DNA of 64,000 nucleotides. Source: an uncultured Verrucomicrobiae bacterium (lineage in GTDB: Bacteria; Verrucomicrobiota; Verrucomicrobiia; Chthoniobacterales; UBA10450). The DNA is taken from positions 160,001-224,000 of the forward strand of contig CAVSDR010000002.1 of assembly GCA_963726745.1 (NCBI GenBank), read 5' to 3'. The position numbers and the translations under genes were made by a program. The notes below the pieces were generated by a model that saw only the letters and a program-made list of their open reading frames with translations, ran no database searches and was not told the DNA's origin. Shown piece by piece: positions 50,500 to 62,660 of this stretch (positions are counted from its first letter, which is position 1; every line of letters begins with the position of its first letter).

Positions 50500-51817
50500 G
50501 TGCGCCGTCTTCCGTATTTTTTCCTTCTCGCCATCGTGGTCGTGGTCGGCGGGTGGATTTTTTCGCGCGGGCTCGCCGTCGCTCCAACGCCTCGCGCAGT
50601 CGTGAACGATCCGCTGGCGGTCGTCCTGACTCCCTTGGTGGGCGACGGCGAGCTCGATCGCGAGATTGCGAACTTGCAGGGGCGGATTAAGACCAGCCCT
50701 GACCGCAAAAGCCTGCTCGAACGGCTCGGCTGGGCCTTTGTCGCGAAGGCGCGCCTAACGAGCGATCCTGGTTTCTACAAGCTAGCCGAGCAAGCGGCTC
50801 AGGCGATCACCGACGAGACACCGGAAGATCCGGCGGCGGCTTTGCTCCTCGGCCATGTTTATCACGCCGAGCATCGCTTTGCCGACGCGGAAAAAATTGC
50901 GCGCACTTTGATCGCGCGGCGGGAATTTGCCTTCGACTACGCGCTCCTGGGCGATGCGCTCATGGAGCAGGGGAAGCTGGCGGAGGCGGTGCCGGCTTAC
51001 CAAAAAATGGTCGACCTGAAGCCCGGCCTCCAGACTTACAGCCGGGTGGCCAATATGCGCTGGCTCAAAGGCGACCTGGCGGGCGCGATCGCGGCCAGCC
51101 GGCGCGCCGTCAGCGCCGGTTCGCCGCGGGAACCGGAGCCGACCGCTTGGGCTTACACGCAACTGGCCCACTACCAAACCGCGGCTGGCGAACTCGAAGA
51201 GCGCCGCGACCAACGTCTCGTTAGGTCTGCAGCTGGCGCCGGACTACGCGCCCGCTTTGTTGCAACAAGGTAAGATTTTCTTGGCGCAGGGTCGCGGTGC
51301 GGAGGCGATTGCCGCGCTCGAGCGTGCAGCCGAAATCAGCCCACTGCCGGATTACCTTTGGTCGTTAGCCGACGCTTTGCGCGCGCAAGGCCGGGAGGGG
51401 GAAGCTGGCCAGGTCGAGCGCCGCCTCGTGGCCACGGGGGCGCAGTCCGATCCGCGCACCTTCTCGCTGTTCCTAAGCTCCCGCCGGCAGAATCCCACGC
51501 TCGCGCTGCGCCTGGCGCAGGAGGAACTCGAGAATCGCCACGACATTTTCACTTACGACGCGGTCGCCTGGGCGCAATTAGCCAGCGACATGGTCGGGCC
51601 CGCGCGCGAAAACATCGCGCTCGCTCTCGCTGCCGGCACGCAGGACGCGCGTCTTTTCCAGCACGCGGCCGAGATCGCTGCCGCCGCGGGGGACCAGGCC
51701 CAGGCGCTCGAATTTTCCCTCAAGGCCCGCGCGCTTGAGCAGAGCTTGCTCCCTTCCGAACGCCAGGCCCTTGCCCGCCGGTTCCCCGCCGACGCGCGCA
51801 CTGCTGCCTCTGACTAA
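50500..51817 (+). CDS. Membrane-anchored TPR protein (frameshift near 51200)
   Basis: N-terminal TM helix; TPRs ALLGDALMEQGKLAEAVPAYQKMVDLKPG; continues in ORF 51257..51817 with DIFTYDAVAWA. Confidence 0.8.
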
Positions 51818-51848
51818 CCAAACCAAACCAAAGAAAAACCGACCCATA

Positions 51849-53759
51849 ATGAAACCGCTCCCAATTCCCGGCACCGGCAAGTTGCTGGCTGCGCTCTGCG
51901 CCGCCACCTTCGCCGCCGCTGTGCCACTGCACGCCTCCAGTCACATGGATGCACCGCTCATCACCCTGGACCCGGCCGCGAACACGACCGACGTCTACGC
52001 CTTCGTGGCCATGCGTGGCACCGATAACGCCAAAGTGCTGGCTACTTCCCTCGCGGTTTATCCGTTCGAGGAGCCCGGCATCGGGCCGAACAAGTATAAC
52101 TTCGACGACAACGTCCTTTACCAGATCCACGTCTCGTTAGGTAACGACCTGGCCGCGGGCGTGCCCACGATCTCCTACCAGTTCCGTTTCACCACGAGCT
52201 ACAAGAACACCGGCACCATCCTGCAGTCTTATCTCGGCGTGGTGAATGACGTCGACGATGCGAATCAAAACCTGACCCAGAACTACACCCTGACCAAGGT
52301 TGACCGCCGCACGAACACCACCACGGTGCTCGGCACGGGGGTTGTCCCGCCGAACAACCAGGGCATCGCGACGCCCTTCTATAACACCGGCGACAGCGGC
52401 GAGGCCGTGGCCAAGCCGGGTGTCGGGCCTGGAGGCACGCTGGATAAATACACGCGCCAGGCCATTGCCAGCTTCACCGCCGGGAGCGCGACTTATCGCA
52501 GTTTCGCCGGTCAGCGTGAGGACGGTTTCTACGCCGACATCCAGTCGATCTTCGACCTGCTGCAGTTGCGCAGCGGCAAGGCGACCTTCGATAGCCAGGC
52601 CGGCTTCAACGTCCACGAAATGGGCCTGGAAATTCCCATCTCGGAACTGGGTAACGACCAGCAGATCGTAGGCGTTTACGCGACCACTTCCCGTCAGTCG
52701 ATGCGCGTTCTGACCGATGGCACCGCCTCCACTGACCCCGCGAACACCGGCGCGTTTGTGCAGGTCGGCCGGCAGGGCAATCCGCTCTTCAACGAAGCGC
52801 TCGTCGCCATTACGGACAAGGATCTCTACAGCCGCACGCAGCCCGAGCGCAGATGCCAGCTTGTTCAAGAAATACGCCGAGACTCCTGAGCTCGCGAAGT
52901 TGATCAACGCGATCGTCTTCAAGGGCATGGGACCGGCGCCGGAAACCAATCGCACGCGATCTCGTCGGCATCTTCATTCCCGACTTGATCAAGGTCGACC
53001 TTTCGACGGCTCCGGCGCGGCTGGCCGGTGGTGGCCCGACCTTCGCCGCGAACCCTGATGACGCTGGCTACAGCCGCCTGGGCATCTTCGGTGGCGACAC
53101 CCTCACGAGCACGGTGCAGGCCGGCTTTGGCAGCGGCACGGTCCCCGGTGGCTGGCCCAACGGCCGCCGCTTCGGCGACGACGTGGTCGACATCGCGGTG
53201 ACCGCGATCATCAGCGACCTGCGCACCAGCCCGCCGACGATCCGGTCGGCTGATGGGATCGATAACGTGAGCAAGAACGACAGCGTTTACAGCCGCGTTT
53301 TCCCTTACGCCGCGACGCCGCATAACGGCCGCAATCACGACCATCACAACACCGGACGCCGCAGGCGGCGCCGCGAGCTCGAATCGCTTCCGCAACCTGG
53401 CCACGCGCGGTCTCGTGCAGTCGGGCGACAATGTCCTTATCGGCGGCATCATTGTCGGCGACGGCGGAAACAAGAGAGTGCTCATCCGTGGCGTTGGACC
53501 TTCGCTCTCGACCAAGGGCATCTCCAATCCGCTGGCTAATCCTGTGCTGCAGATCTTCCAAGGCGGCACCAAGATCGCCGAGAACGACGACTGGAAGAGC
53601 ACCCAGCAGGCGGACATCCAAGCCACTGGCCTCGCGCCGACGGACGATAAAGAAGCTGCAATCCTGATCGACCTCGCTCCGGGGAGCTACACCATGATCG
53701 TGCGAAGCAAGGACACGACTACCGGCATTGGCCTGGTCGAAGCCTACGAAGCGAACTAA
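51849..53759 (+). CDS. DUF4331 family secreted protein with an extra C-terminal extracellular domain (several frameshifts near 52845, 52960, 53355)
   Basis: ASSHMDAP, TDVYAF, FAGQREDGFY, QVGRQGNPLFNE, GWPNGRRFGDDVVDI, FPY; tail NLATRGLVQSGDNVLIGGII..RGVGPSL. Confidence 0.8.
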
Positions 53760-53779
53760 GCCCAAACTAGAACAACGCG

Positions 53780-53823
53780 CGGGCCGGTCTGGCGAAAGCT
53801 GGACCGGCCCGTTGCCTTTCTTT
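53780..53823 (+). terminator. Intrinsic terminator-like hairpin after the DUF4331 gene
   Basis: CGGGCCGGTCTGGC-GAAA-GCTGGACCGGCCCG followed by TTGCCTTTCTTT. Confidence 0.6.
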
Positions 53824-53830
53824 AGCTAAC

Positions 53831-54905
53831 GTGGAGTTTTCCTTTGCCTTGAATGCCGGCCGACGACCCCTTGCCTTTCTCGGCTTCTTTTTTGCCCTGG
53901 TTTTTCCGGTCTGGGCTCACGATCCCGGACTGAGTTCGGCAAACTTATCCCGCACGCGAGATGGCTTTGAGCTGGTCCTGACCTTTAACCAACAGGAGGT
54001 GGCCCAGCTCCTCGAAGTGAAGCCGGAAAATCTGGACGGCAGACTCGAGCCCCTGGCCCGGCGCGGGGCCACGCTGGAAGTAGGCGGCGAGATCGTGGCG
54101 CCGGACAAAGTCGAGGCGCGCGTCGATGACAACCGCAACGTCGAGTTCCGTTATCGTTATCCCGATCCCGCAGGCCTGAACGACGTCCGTTTCACCTCGC
54201 GGCTGCTCCCGGAGCTGGCTTTCGGCCATCGACAGGCCTTCGCCGCGCATGGAGAGCGCGGGGAGGAAATTGTGCGCTCCATCTTGAGTGCGCGCGACAG
54301 CGGTGTGGCGGTGATCTTCGATGCCCCGGCGCCGGCGACTTCATCGCGCTTCCTCGACTTCTTTTTGCTCGGCGTTCGCCACATTGTGACCGGTTACGAT
54401 CACCTGCTTTTTCTCTTCGGTCTGCTCTTGGTCTGCCGCACGCCGCGGGCGGCGCTTCTGCTGGTGACTTGTTTCACCGTTGCGCATTCGCTTACGCTTG
54501 CGCTGGCGACCTTTGGCTTGGTGGAACTGCCGAGCCGCTGGGTGGAGGCGGCGATCGCGGCCTCGATCGTCTATGTGGGCGTGGAAAATCTCTTTCGCCA
54601 CGAGGCGCTGCTGCGCGGACGTGGATTGCTTACTTTTGCTTTCGGCCTGGTGCATGGCCTGGGTTTTGCCAGCGTGTTGCGCGAGATGGGCATCGCGCAA
54701 ACCGGCTGGAACGCCGCGGTGCCGCTGGTGGCATTCAACGCCGGGGTCGAGACCGGGCAGCTCGCGATCGCCGCCGATCTTGCTGCCTCTTCTTTGGCGG
54801 CTGCGCGCGCGCCCGGCGTTCCTGCGGGTGGGCGTGCCCGCCGGTTCCCTGGTGGTCGCGCTGGCTGGGGCTTACTGGCTCCTCCAGCGCACCCTTTTTT
54901 CCTAG
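53831..54905 (+). CDS. HupE/UreJ family membrane protein (frameshift near 54780)
   Basis: Mature N-terminus AHD; GVRHIVTGYDHLLFL, FTVAHSLTL, FGLVHGLGFA, FNAGVETGQ. Confidence 0.88.
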
Positions 54906-54909
54906 GAAA

Positions 54910-54948
54910 GAAAAACGCCGCCCGCCCGCGCTTGCGGACGGACGGCGT
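54910..54948 (-). terminator. Probable terminator of the M13 peptidase gene
   Basis: AAAAACGCCGCCCGCCCGC-GCTT-GCGGACGGACGGCGT imperfect hairpin with a U-tract on the minus strand. Confidence 0.5.
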
Positions 54949-54979
54949 CATGCCTAACGAGTGATGTAGCTGGCTAAAA

Positions 54980-57166
54980 CTACCAGATGCTCACGATCTG
55001 GTCCGCCGGACGCACCATCGGGCAGTTATCCGGCAAGCCGAAGGCTTGCTTGAATGCCGGAGTGTTCGAGAGCGGGCCATTTGCGCGATACTTACCCGGC
55101 GAGTGCGGGTCGGTATTCAGGCGCAGCTTGAGCGCTTCGTCGCGCATGTTTGCCCGCCAGACTTGCGCCCAGCCGAGAAAGAAACGCTGCTCTGGCGTAA
55201 AGCCGTCGATCTTTTCCTGCGGCTTATCCTTCAGCGCCTTTTGCAGCGCGGCGAAGGCCAGCTTGACGCCGCCATCATCTGCGATGTTCTCGCCCTGGGT
55301 CAGCTCGCCGTTAATGTGCATCCCGGGGAGCGGCTCGTAGGCGGCATATTGTTTCACGATCTTATCGGCGCGTTCCTTGTATTTCTCGGCCGATTCCTTG
55401 GTCCACCAATCGCGCAGATTACCTTCCGCATCGTATTGCCGGCCCTGGTCGTCGAAGCCATGGCTGATCTCATGGGCGATGACCGCGCCGATGCCGCCGT
55501 AGTTGATCGCGTCGTCTGCGTTCGCATTAAAGAACGGCGGCTGGAGGATGCCGGCCGGGAAGACGATTTCGTTCATGTTCGGGTTGTAGTAGGCGTTCAC
55601 CGTTGGCGGCGTCATGCCCCACTCATTACGATCAACCGGCTGGCCGATTTTTTTGAGCTCGCGATTGGTTTCGAACTTGGCCGCGCGCATTGCATTCAAG
55701 ACAAACGGGCCGCGATCGATCTCCAGCGCGGAGTAATCGCGCCACTTGTCCGGGTAACCGATCTTGACCGTGAAAGCCGCGAGTTTCTTGAGCGCCTCGG
55801 CCTTGGTCTTCTCGTCCATCCAGTCGCGCGACTTGATGCTATCGGCCATGGCGGATTGCACGTTCTTGACCAACTCGATCATGCGCGCCTTGGATTCCGG
55901 CGGGAAGTTATCGGCCACATAGATTTTGCCGAGGGCTTCGCCGAGCGCCTGGTCGGTCGAGGTGACGACGCGTTTCCAGCGCGGCTTGAGTTCCTTCGTG
56001 CCGGTGAGGGTCTTGCCGAAGAACTCGAAGTTCTCGTTCACGAAGTTGCTGGCTAATTCCGGCGCGGTCGCGTGGACCAGGTGCCAGCGGAGATAAGTCT
56101 TCCAGTCTTCCAGCGGAGTCTTGGCGAAGACGGTATTCGCCGCCTTGAAGAAGTCCGGCTGGCCGACGTTGATGTCGGCCGGTTCGGCCAGGTCGATCGC
56201 CTTGAAGTAAGACTTCCAGTTCCAGTCCGGGGTTAGCTTTTGCAAGCCGGCCACGTCGACTTTGTTGTAGTTCTTCTGCGGGTCGCGCAGCTCCACGCGG
56301 GTGCGGGCCGGCTTCGCCAGCGAAGTCTCCAGGGCCATGACCTTCTTCGCGTCCGCGCCGGCTTTGTCCGCCGGTTCGCCGAGAAGCGTGAGCATCTTGG
56401 TCATGTGGGCGACGTATTGCTCGCGCAGTTTCTTCGAGGCTTCGTCTTCCTTGGTGTAGTAATCGCGATCCGGCAGGCCGAGCCCGCCCTGGTAAGCCTG
56501 GGCGATGACCATCTTGCTATTCTTATCGTCCTGCCCGGAGGTGAAGCCGAAGAAGGCACTTACGCCGAGGGAATGCAGATGCGCGATCTCCTGGAGGAGG
56601 TCTTCCTTCGTCTTGATCGCCTCGATCTTTGCCAATTCGTCGGCTAACGGCTTCGCGCCTGCTTCATCGATCGCTTTTTCGTCCATCCCGCTGGCGTAGT
56701 AGTCGCCTACCTTCTTCACGTCGGGCTCGGACGCGGCCTGACCGGCAGCGGCTTTCTCCGCGGCGACTTTGAGCGCGGCGTTATTTTTCTCGATCAACTC
56801 ATTGAAGCTGCCCCAGCGCGATTCTTCCGGCGGGATGGGGTTGTTCTTCAGCCAGGTGCCGTTGGCGTAGGTGTAGAAATCCTCGGAAGGCTTCACCGAG
56901 GTATCCATGTTCTTGAGGTCGAAGGCGGGCGCGTTCTTGCTCGGGGTCGCGGCCGCGGCAGCAGCGTCATTCCCCGCGGTGACTTTCTCGGGAATGGTCG
57001 CGGGCGGGGGGATTTGATCGCCGCTCGGCGGTTGCGAAGGCTTGTGGACTTGCGGCGGCGGGGTGGCGCTGCCGATGGGCTGGGCGTTTTTCTGTGGCTC
57101 GCTCTGCGCCTGCACCGAGCAGGTGAGAGCAACGCTCGCCAGAAGAAGCGAGGTGGTTTTGAACAT
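54980..57166 (-). CDS. M13 family metallopeptidase (neprilysin/PepO-like), exported
   Basis: DFYTYANGTW, VNAYYNP, IAHEISHGFDDQG, GENIAD, DPHSP. Confidence 0.95.
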   Translation of the reverse strand: MFKTTSLLLASVALTCSVQAQSEPQKNAQPIGSATPPPQVHKPSQPPSGDQIPPPATIPEKVTAGNDAAAAAATPSKNAPAFDLKNMDTSVKPSEDFYTYANGTWLKNNPIPPEESRWGSFNELIEKNNAALKVAAEKAAAGQAASEPDVKKVGDYYASGMDEKAIDEAGAKPLADELAKIEAIKTKEDLLQEIAHLHSLGVSAFFGFTSGQDDKNSKMVIAQAYQGGLGLPDRDYYTKEDEASKKLREQYVAHMTKMLTLLGEPADKAGADAKKVMALETSLAKPARTRVELRDPQKNYNKVDVAGLQKLTPDWNWKSYFKAIDLAEPADINVGQPDFFKAANTVFAKTPLEDWKTYLRWHLVHATAPELASNFVNENFEFFGKTLTGTKELKPRWKRVVTSTDQALGEALGKIYVADNFPPESKARMIELVKNVQSAMADSIKSRDWMDEKTKAEALKKLAAFTVKIGYPDKWRDYSALEIDRGPFVLNAMRAAKFETNRELKKIGQPVDRNEWGMTPPTVNAYYNPNMNEIVFPAGILQPPFFNANADDAINYGGIGAVIAHEISHGFDDQGRQYDAEGNLRDWWTKESAEKYKERADKIVKQYAAYEPLPGMHINGELTQGENIADDGGVKLAFAALQKALKDKPQEKIDGFTPEQRFFLGWAQVWRANMRDEALKLRLNTDPHSPGKYRANGPLSNTPAFKQAFGLPDNCPMVRPADQIVSIW

Positions 57167-57268
57167 CGCCTAACAAACCGTGGACGCGGGACCTTGTCCA
57201 ATCGCCCCGCGACCGGGCCTGATGCAATCCGTTGTCAGCTTGGTCCGCGTGTTGCATAATACGCGTTC

Positions 57269-58717
57269 ATGCATTGGGCCCGGCAGATCATTTTCCTCCT
57301 CCTTCTGGGCGCGTGCTCCGTCGTCGGGTCGGCTTTCGGCGCGGCTGACTGGAAGGTGGTCAAGGTTTCCGGCTGGGATTACCTCTCGGTCGAGAACGTG
57401 GCCCGCTTCTACGGCTTTGCCGGGAGCGTCGAGCCGATCAATCGCACCGTGCGCCTCGATAACGGCGCCAACCAGCTCGAGGTCACGCTCGACAGCCGCG
57501 AAGCGATCGTGAACGGCGTGCGCAATTGGCTTTGCTTCCCGGTGATCGAGCGCGAGGGGAAATATCTCATCTCCCGGATCGACCTCGCGAAAACGATCGA
57601 GCCGCAATTCCGCCCGCACATGATCCGGAATCTCGGGCGCCTGAAGACGGTGGTGATCGACCCCGGCCATGGCGGCCCGGAGAACGGCGCCGGCAGCAGC
57701 TTCGGCCGCGAAAAAGATTTCACCCTCGACGTCGCGAAGAAGCTCAAGCCGCTCCTGGAAGCGCGCGGCCTGCGCGTGGTCATGACCCGCGATCGCGATG
57801 AGCTCGTGCCACTGCCGGAGCGCGCCAGAATAGCCAACAACACGCGCGACAGCGTCTTCGTGAGCATTCATTTCAACGCCACCGATTACAACTCCAGCGC
57901 CACCGGCTTTGAGATCTACTCGCTCACCCCGCGCGGCGCTCCCTCCACGCAGGATAACGCGATGCTCTCGCACTTCGTGAACATGCAGGCCGGGAGCGCA
58001 GTCGATGCGAACAGCCTGGTCCTTTCCACTTCCGTCTACCACGCGATGCTCGGCTACCTCCCGGAGTTCGACCGCGGGATCAAGCGCGCCCGCTTCGCCG
58101 TGCTCCGGCTCACCAACATCCCGGCGATCTTGGTGGAGGGCGGATTCCTCACGGAACGCGACGAGAGCAAGGAGATCGCCGATGCGCAGTGGCGCACCAA
58201 GCTCGCGGAAGCGATCGCCACCGGGATCGATGGCTACCGCAACTTGCTCGAGAAGAAACAGCGTCCGCTGCTCCTGGCGGATTATCGCCGGCAATTCGAG
58301 GGCGTCCTGGTGGCGCGCGATGCCACCGCGCCGCTGCCCGGGTCGACACCGCCGGTCTTCCCCGCGAGCAACCCCGCCGTGGGCGCGCAGGTGACGCAGC
58401 CGCTGCACCGCCAGCCTTCGCCGCAGATCACGGTCACGCCCGAGATGGCGGCTGCGCTCGAGTCCGCGCCCAGCCACGAAGGGGACGAGGGCGTCGAGTC
58501 CGCGGAGGTCGCGGCTAATGCGGCCACGCCAGCCCCGGTGGAAATAGCCGACGAGATGCCTACGGCGGCCGCCGCGCCGGAGACTCCGGCGGCCACGGCG
58601 CCGACCCCGGAGATCCCGATCGTCTGGAAGGACGAGGCCGCGCCGGCGGCAGCGGCGCCAATGGTGCGTCGCTCCTGGGTGCTGAAATTCGATCCGCCGC
58701 CGAAGTTCCGGGAATAG
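57269..58717 (+). CDS. N-acetylmuramoyl-L-alanine amidase with N-terminal accessory domain and Pro/Ala-rich tail
   Basis: VIDPGHGG, EKDFTL, SIHFNA, ILVEGGFLT. Confidence 0.9.
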   Translation: MHWARQIIFLLLLGACSVVGSAFGAADWKVVKVSGWDYLSVENVARFYGFAGSVEPINRTVRLDNGANQLEVTLDSREAIVNGVRNWLCFPVIEREGKYLISRIDLAKTIEPQFRPHMIRNLGRLKTVVIDPGHGGPENGAGSSFGREKDFTLDVAKKLKPLLEARGLRVVMTRDRDELVPLPERARIANNTRDSVFVSIHFNATDYNSSATGFEIYSLTPRGAPSTQDNAMLSHFVNMQAGSAVDANSLVLSTSVYHAMLGYLPEFDRGIKRARFAVLRLTNIPAILVEGGFLTERDESKEIADAQWRTKLAEAIATGIDGYRNLLEKKQRPLLLADYRRQFEGVLVARDATAPLPGSTPPVFPASNPAVGAQVTQPLHRQPSPQITVTPEMAAALESAPSHEGDEGVESAEVAANAATPAPVEIADEMPTAAAAPETPAATAPTPEIPIVWKDEAAPAAAAPMVRRSWVLKFDPPPKFRE

Positions 58718-58817
58718 CCGGCATTCTCTCCGGCCATGCTCGGCCGGATTCTCCAGCGTTGACGCTGCGGGTCGGCGTTCGTTAGGCTGAGCGCTCAGAC
58801 TCAACCAAAGGAGAACC

Positions 58818-59255
58818 ATGAAAAAACTGATCTCTGTCGCAGCGCTTCTGCTGCTTACTGCCATCCCGGCCGCCTTGGCCGCGCCCGACGCCGCCGCCAT
58901 TGAAGCCAAGGAGAAGGCTGCCTGGGAAGCCTTCAAGGACAAGAAAGCCGACGACTTTAAGAAGGTCGTCGATCACGACCTGGTCGCGGTTTACTCCGAC
59001 GGCATCGCCGACATGGCGAAGGAACTGTCCGACATGCAGAAGTGGGACATGAAATCGTGCGCCATCAGCGATTTCAAATCGCACTCGGACGAGAAGGACG
59101 TCGTCGTCACCTCCTACAAGGTGACCATCCAGGGAACGATGGATGGCAAGGATGCTTCCGGCGTCTACCACGCTGGCACGGTCTGGAAACAGGAGAACGG
59201 CCAGTGGCTGGCCATTTTCCACACCAATGTAAGAGCGGACGCGCCCGCGAAGTAG
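58818..59255 (+). CDS. Exported NTF2-like (DUF4440) protein
   Basis: AAGGAG RBS; signal peptide; EKAAWEAF..TVWKQENGQWLAIFH. Confidence 0.8.
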   Translation: MKKLISVAALLLLTAIPAALAAPDAAAIEAKEKAAWEAFKDKKADDFKKVVDHDLVAVYSDGIADMAKELSDMQKWDMKSCAISDFKSHSDEKDVVVTSYKVTIQGTMDGKDASGVYHAGTVWKQENGQWLAIFHTNVRADAPAK

Positions 59256-59282
59256 CGCCCCGCCCATCGACTCTCGATGCCG

Positions 59283-59313
59283 CCGCACGCAGCGTTTCTT
59301 GCGCTGCGTGCGG
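59283..59313. terminator. GC-rich hairpin downstream of the DUF4440 gene
   Basis: CCGCACGCAGCG-7 nt-CGCTGCGTGCGG; no U-tract. Confidence 0.4.
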
Positions 59314-59353
59314 GGCATTGACTTCCCCCGCGGTGTCCCGCATCGTGCGGGAA

Positions 59354-59447
59354 CAACTGCGGGGGAGCCAATGGCTGAGAGTTCGGCGAGCAATTCGCCG
59401 GAGACCCTTTAAACCTGAAGCGGGTAATGCCGCCGTAGGGAGCGAAG
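59354..59447 (+). ncRNA. TPP (THI-box) riboswitch
   Basis: GGGGAGCC..GGCTGAGA..GACCCTTTAAACCTGA..GGGTAATGCC.CCGTAGGGAG consensus directly upstream of thiC. Confidence 0.92.
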
Positions 59448-59463
59448 AGTTCGGATTTTTCAG

Positions 59464-59496
59464 GCCATGCGTTTCTCGCGCATGGCTTTTTGTTTT
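59464..59496 (+). terminator. Riboswitch expression-platform terminator
   Basis: GCCATGCG..CGCATGGC hairpin followed by TTTTTGTTTT. Confidence 0.8.
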
Positions 59497-59515
59497 GAAA
59501 TCGAAGGCAGAAACG

Positions 59516-59585
59516 AATTTGGAAACCACAAATCCAGAAAAGAGAATCTGCCTTCCTCCATTTCTGGTTTCCTGGCTTCCAAATT
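59516..59585. repeat. AT-rich imperfect inverted-repeat element, copy 2 (thiC leader)
   Basis: Left arm AATTTGGAAACCACAAATCCAGAAA; the reverse complement of the right arm matches the copy-1 left arm at 24/25. Confidence 0.75.
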
Positions 59586-59597
59586 AATCCTCCTCTT

Positions 59598-61609
<2,012 letters not shown>

Positions 61610-61618
61610 TCTGTCCGG

Positions 61619-61663
61619 GTAGCGGTCGCCGCGGCGACCTGGTGACGGCGCCCTCGCCGTCAC
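61619..61663. repeat. GTAG-led double hairpin (REP-like or terminator) after thiC
   Basis: GTAG-C-GGTCGCC-GC-GGCGACC then GTGACGGCG-CCCT-CGCCGTCAC. Confidence 0.5.
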
Positions 61664-61688
61664 GAACTCTTATCGATAGCCTGACGCA

Positions 61689-61991
61689 GTGACTGATTCA
61701 GCAATTTCAAAGAACGGATTGGCGATCCGCCTCACCGATGAGCGTTGGGTTCACATCACCGAAGAACATGCCGAACTTGCCGGTCATCGTCTCGAAGTTC
61801 TCGAAGCGATTGCCGAACCCGAGCGAATCGTCGCCGGGAACGAACGCGAACTGTTAGCGATCCGAACACAGCAGGATGGTAAGATAATGGTCGTCGTGTA
61901 TCGTGAGCTGTCGAACGACGGCTTTGTGATTACCGCATTTATGACGCGACGCGCAGCATCGCTGAACCGGAGGACGCAGATATGGCCATAA
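61689..61991 (+). CDS. Putative toxin, RelE/BrnT-like RNase fold
   Basis: IRLTDERWVHITEEH..VVVYRE..GFVITAF; overlaps the start of a DUF2283 gene. Confidence 0.7.
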   Translation: MTDSAISKNGLAIRLTDERWVHITEEHAELAGHRLEVLEAIAEPERIVAGNERELLAIRTQQDGKIMVVVYRELSNDGFVITAFMTRRAASLNRRTQIWP

Positions 61992-62209
61992 CGGAGATCA
62001 ACGAATTTCTAAAAATCGTGCCCGCGGTGATGCGGTCGCCTGGCAACTACCTTTGGTCGTCCTACGACGCAGAGGCCGACGTGCTCTACATCAACTTTAA
62101 AAAACCAAGTCACGCCACCGACAGCGATCTGACTGAGAACGATGTGATCGTTCGCTACGAAAACGAGGCTGTCGTTGGTCTGACCGTGCTGCACGCAAGC
62201 AAACGTTAA
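61982..62209 (+). CDS. DUF2283 protein (putative antitoxin)
   Basis: YDAEADVLYINF..DVIVRY..VVGLTVLHASK. Confidence 0.85.
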   Translation: MAITEINEFLKIVPAVMRSPGNYLWSSYDAEADVLYINFKKPSHATDSDLTENDVIVRYENEAVVGLTVLHASKR

Positions 62210-62214
62210 TCCAC

Positions 62215-62640
62215 TTGAGAGCCGTGAAGAACAAAGGCTCCGCGAAAGAAGCAAAAAGCGATGACTTCATCGTGGCGGCGGAGCGCGCCTTCGCTCGCGT
62301 TGCCCGCAACCTCCGCGCTGAAGATCGTGCGCTGAGCGGGAAGATTGGGAATCCGCTAAAAGTGCCGTTCGGCACCGCAAAGTTCTGCCGCCTGCGGAAT
62401 GCGCGCTACCTGACGTGGCGAGACGCGTTCGAAGTCGAGTTCGAGGACGGCATCGCGTTTCTGGAGACACACCAAGCGATCCGCAGGGCAAACAAAATCA
62501 AACGCAATGCATCGCCCGTTCAAGTGAAGCTAGAACGGCAGCTGCGCAGCGGCTTCTTTGTGCATTACGACAACGGCCAAACGGCCGAAGTCTCATGGTC
62601 CTTCATCCGCGAGCTGGCGCCGAAGGATCGGAACAAGTGA
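62215..62640 (+). CDS. Hypothetical protein
   Basis: ORF following the TA pair; may be two fused small ORFs; no motif recognised. Confidence 0.5.
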   Translation: MRAVKNKGSAKEAKSDDFIVAAERAFARVARNLRAEDRALSGKIGNPLKVPFGTAKFCRLRNARYLTWRDAFEVEFEDGIAFLETHQAIRRANKIKRNASPVQVKLERQLRSGFFVHYDNGQTAEVSWSFIRELAPKDRNK

Positions 62641-62660
62641 TGCCGTCTCTGTCCGCCAAC

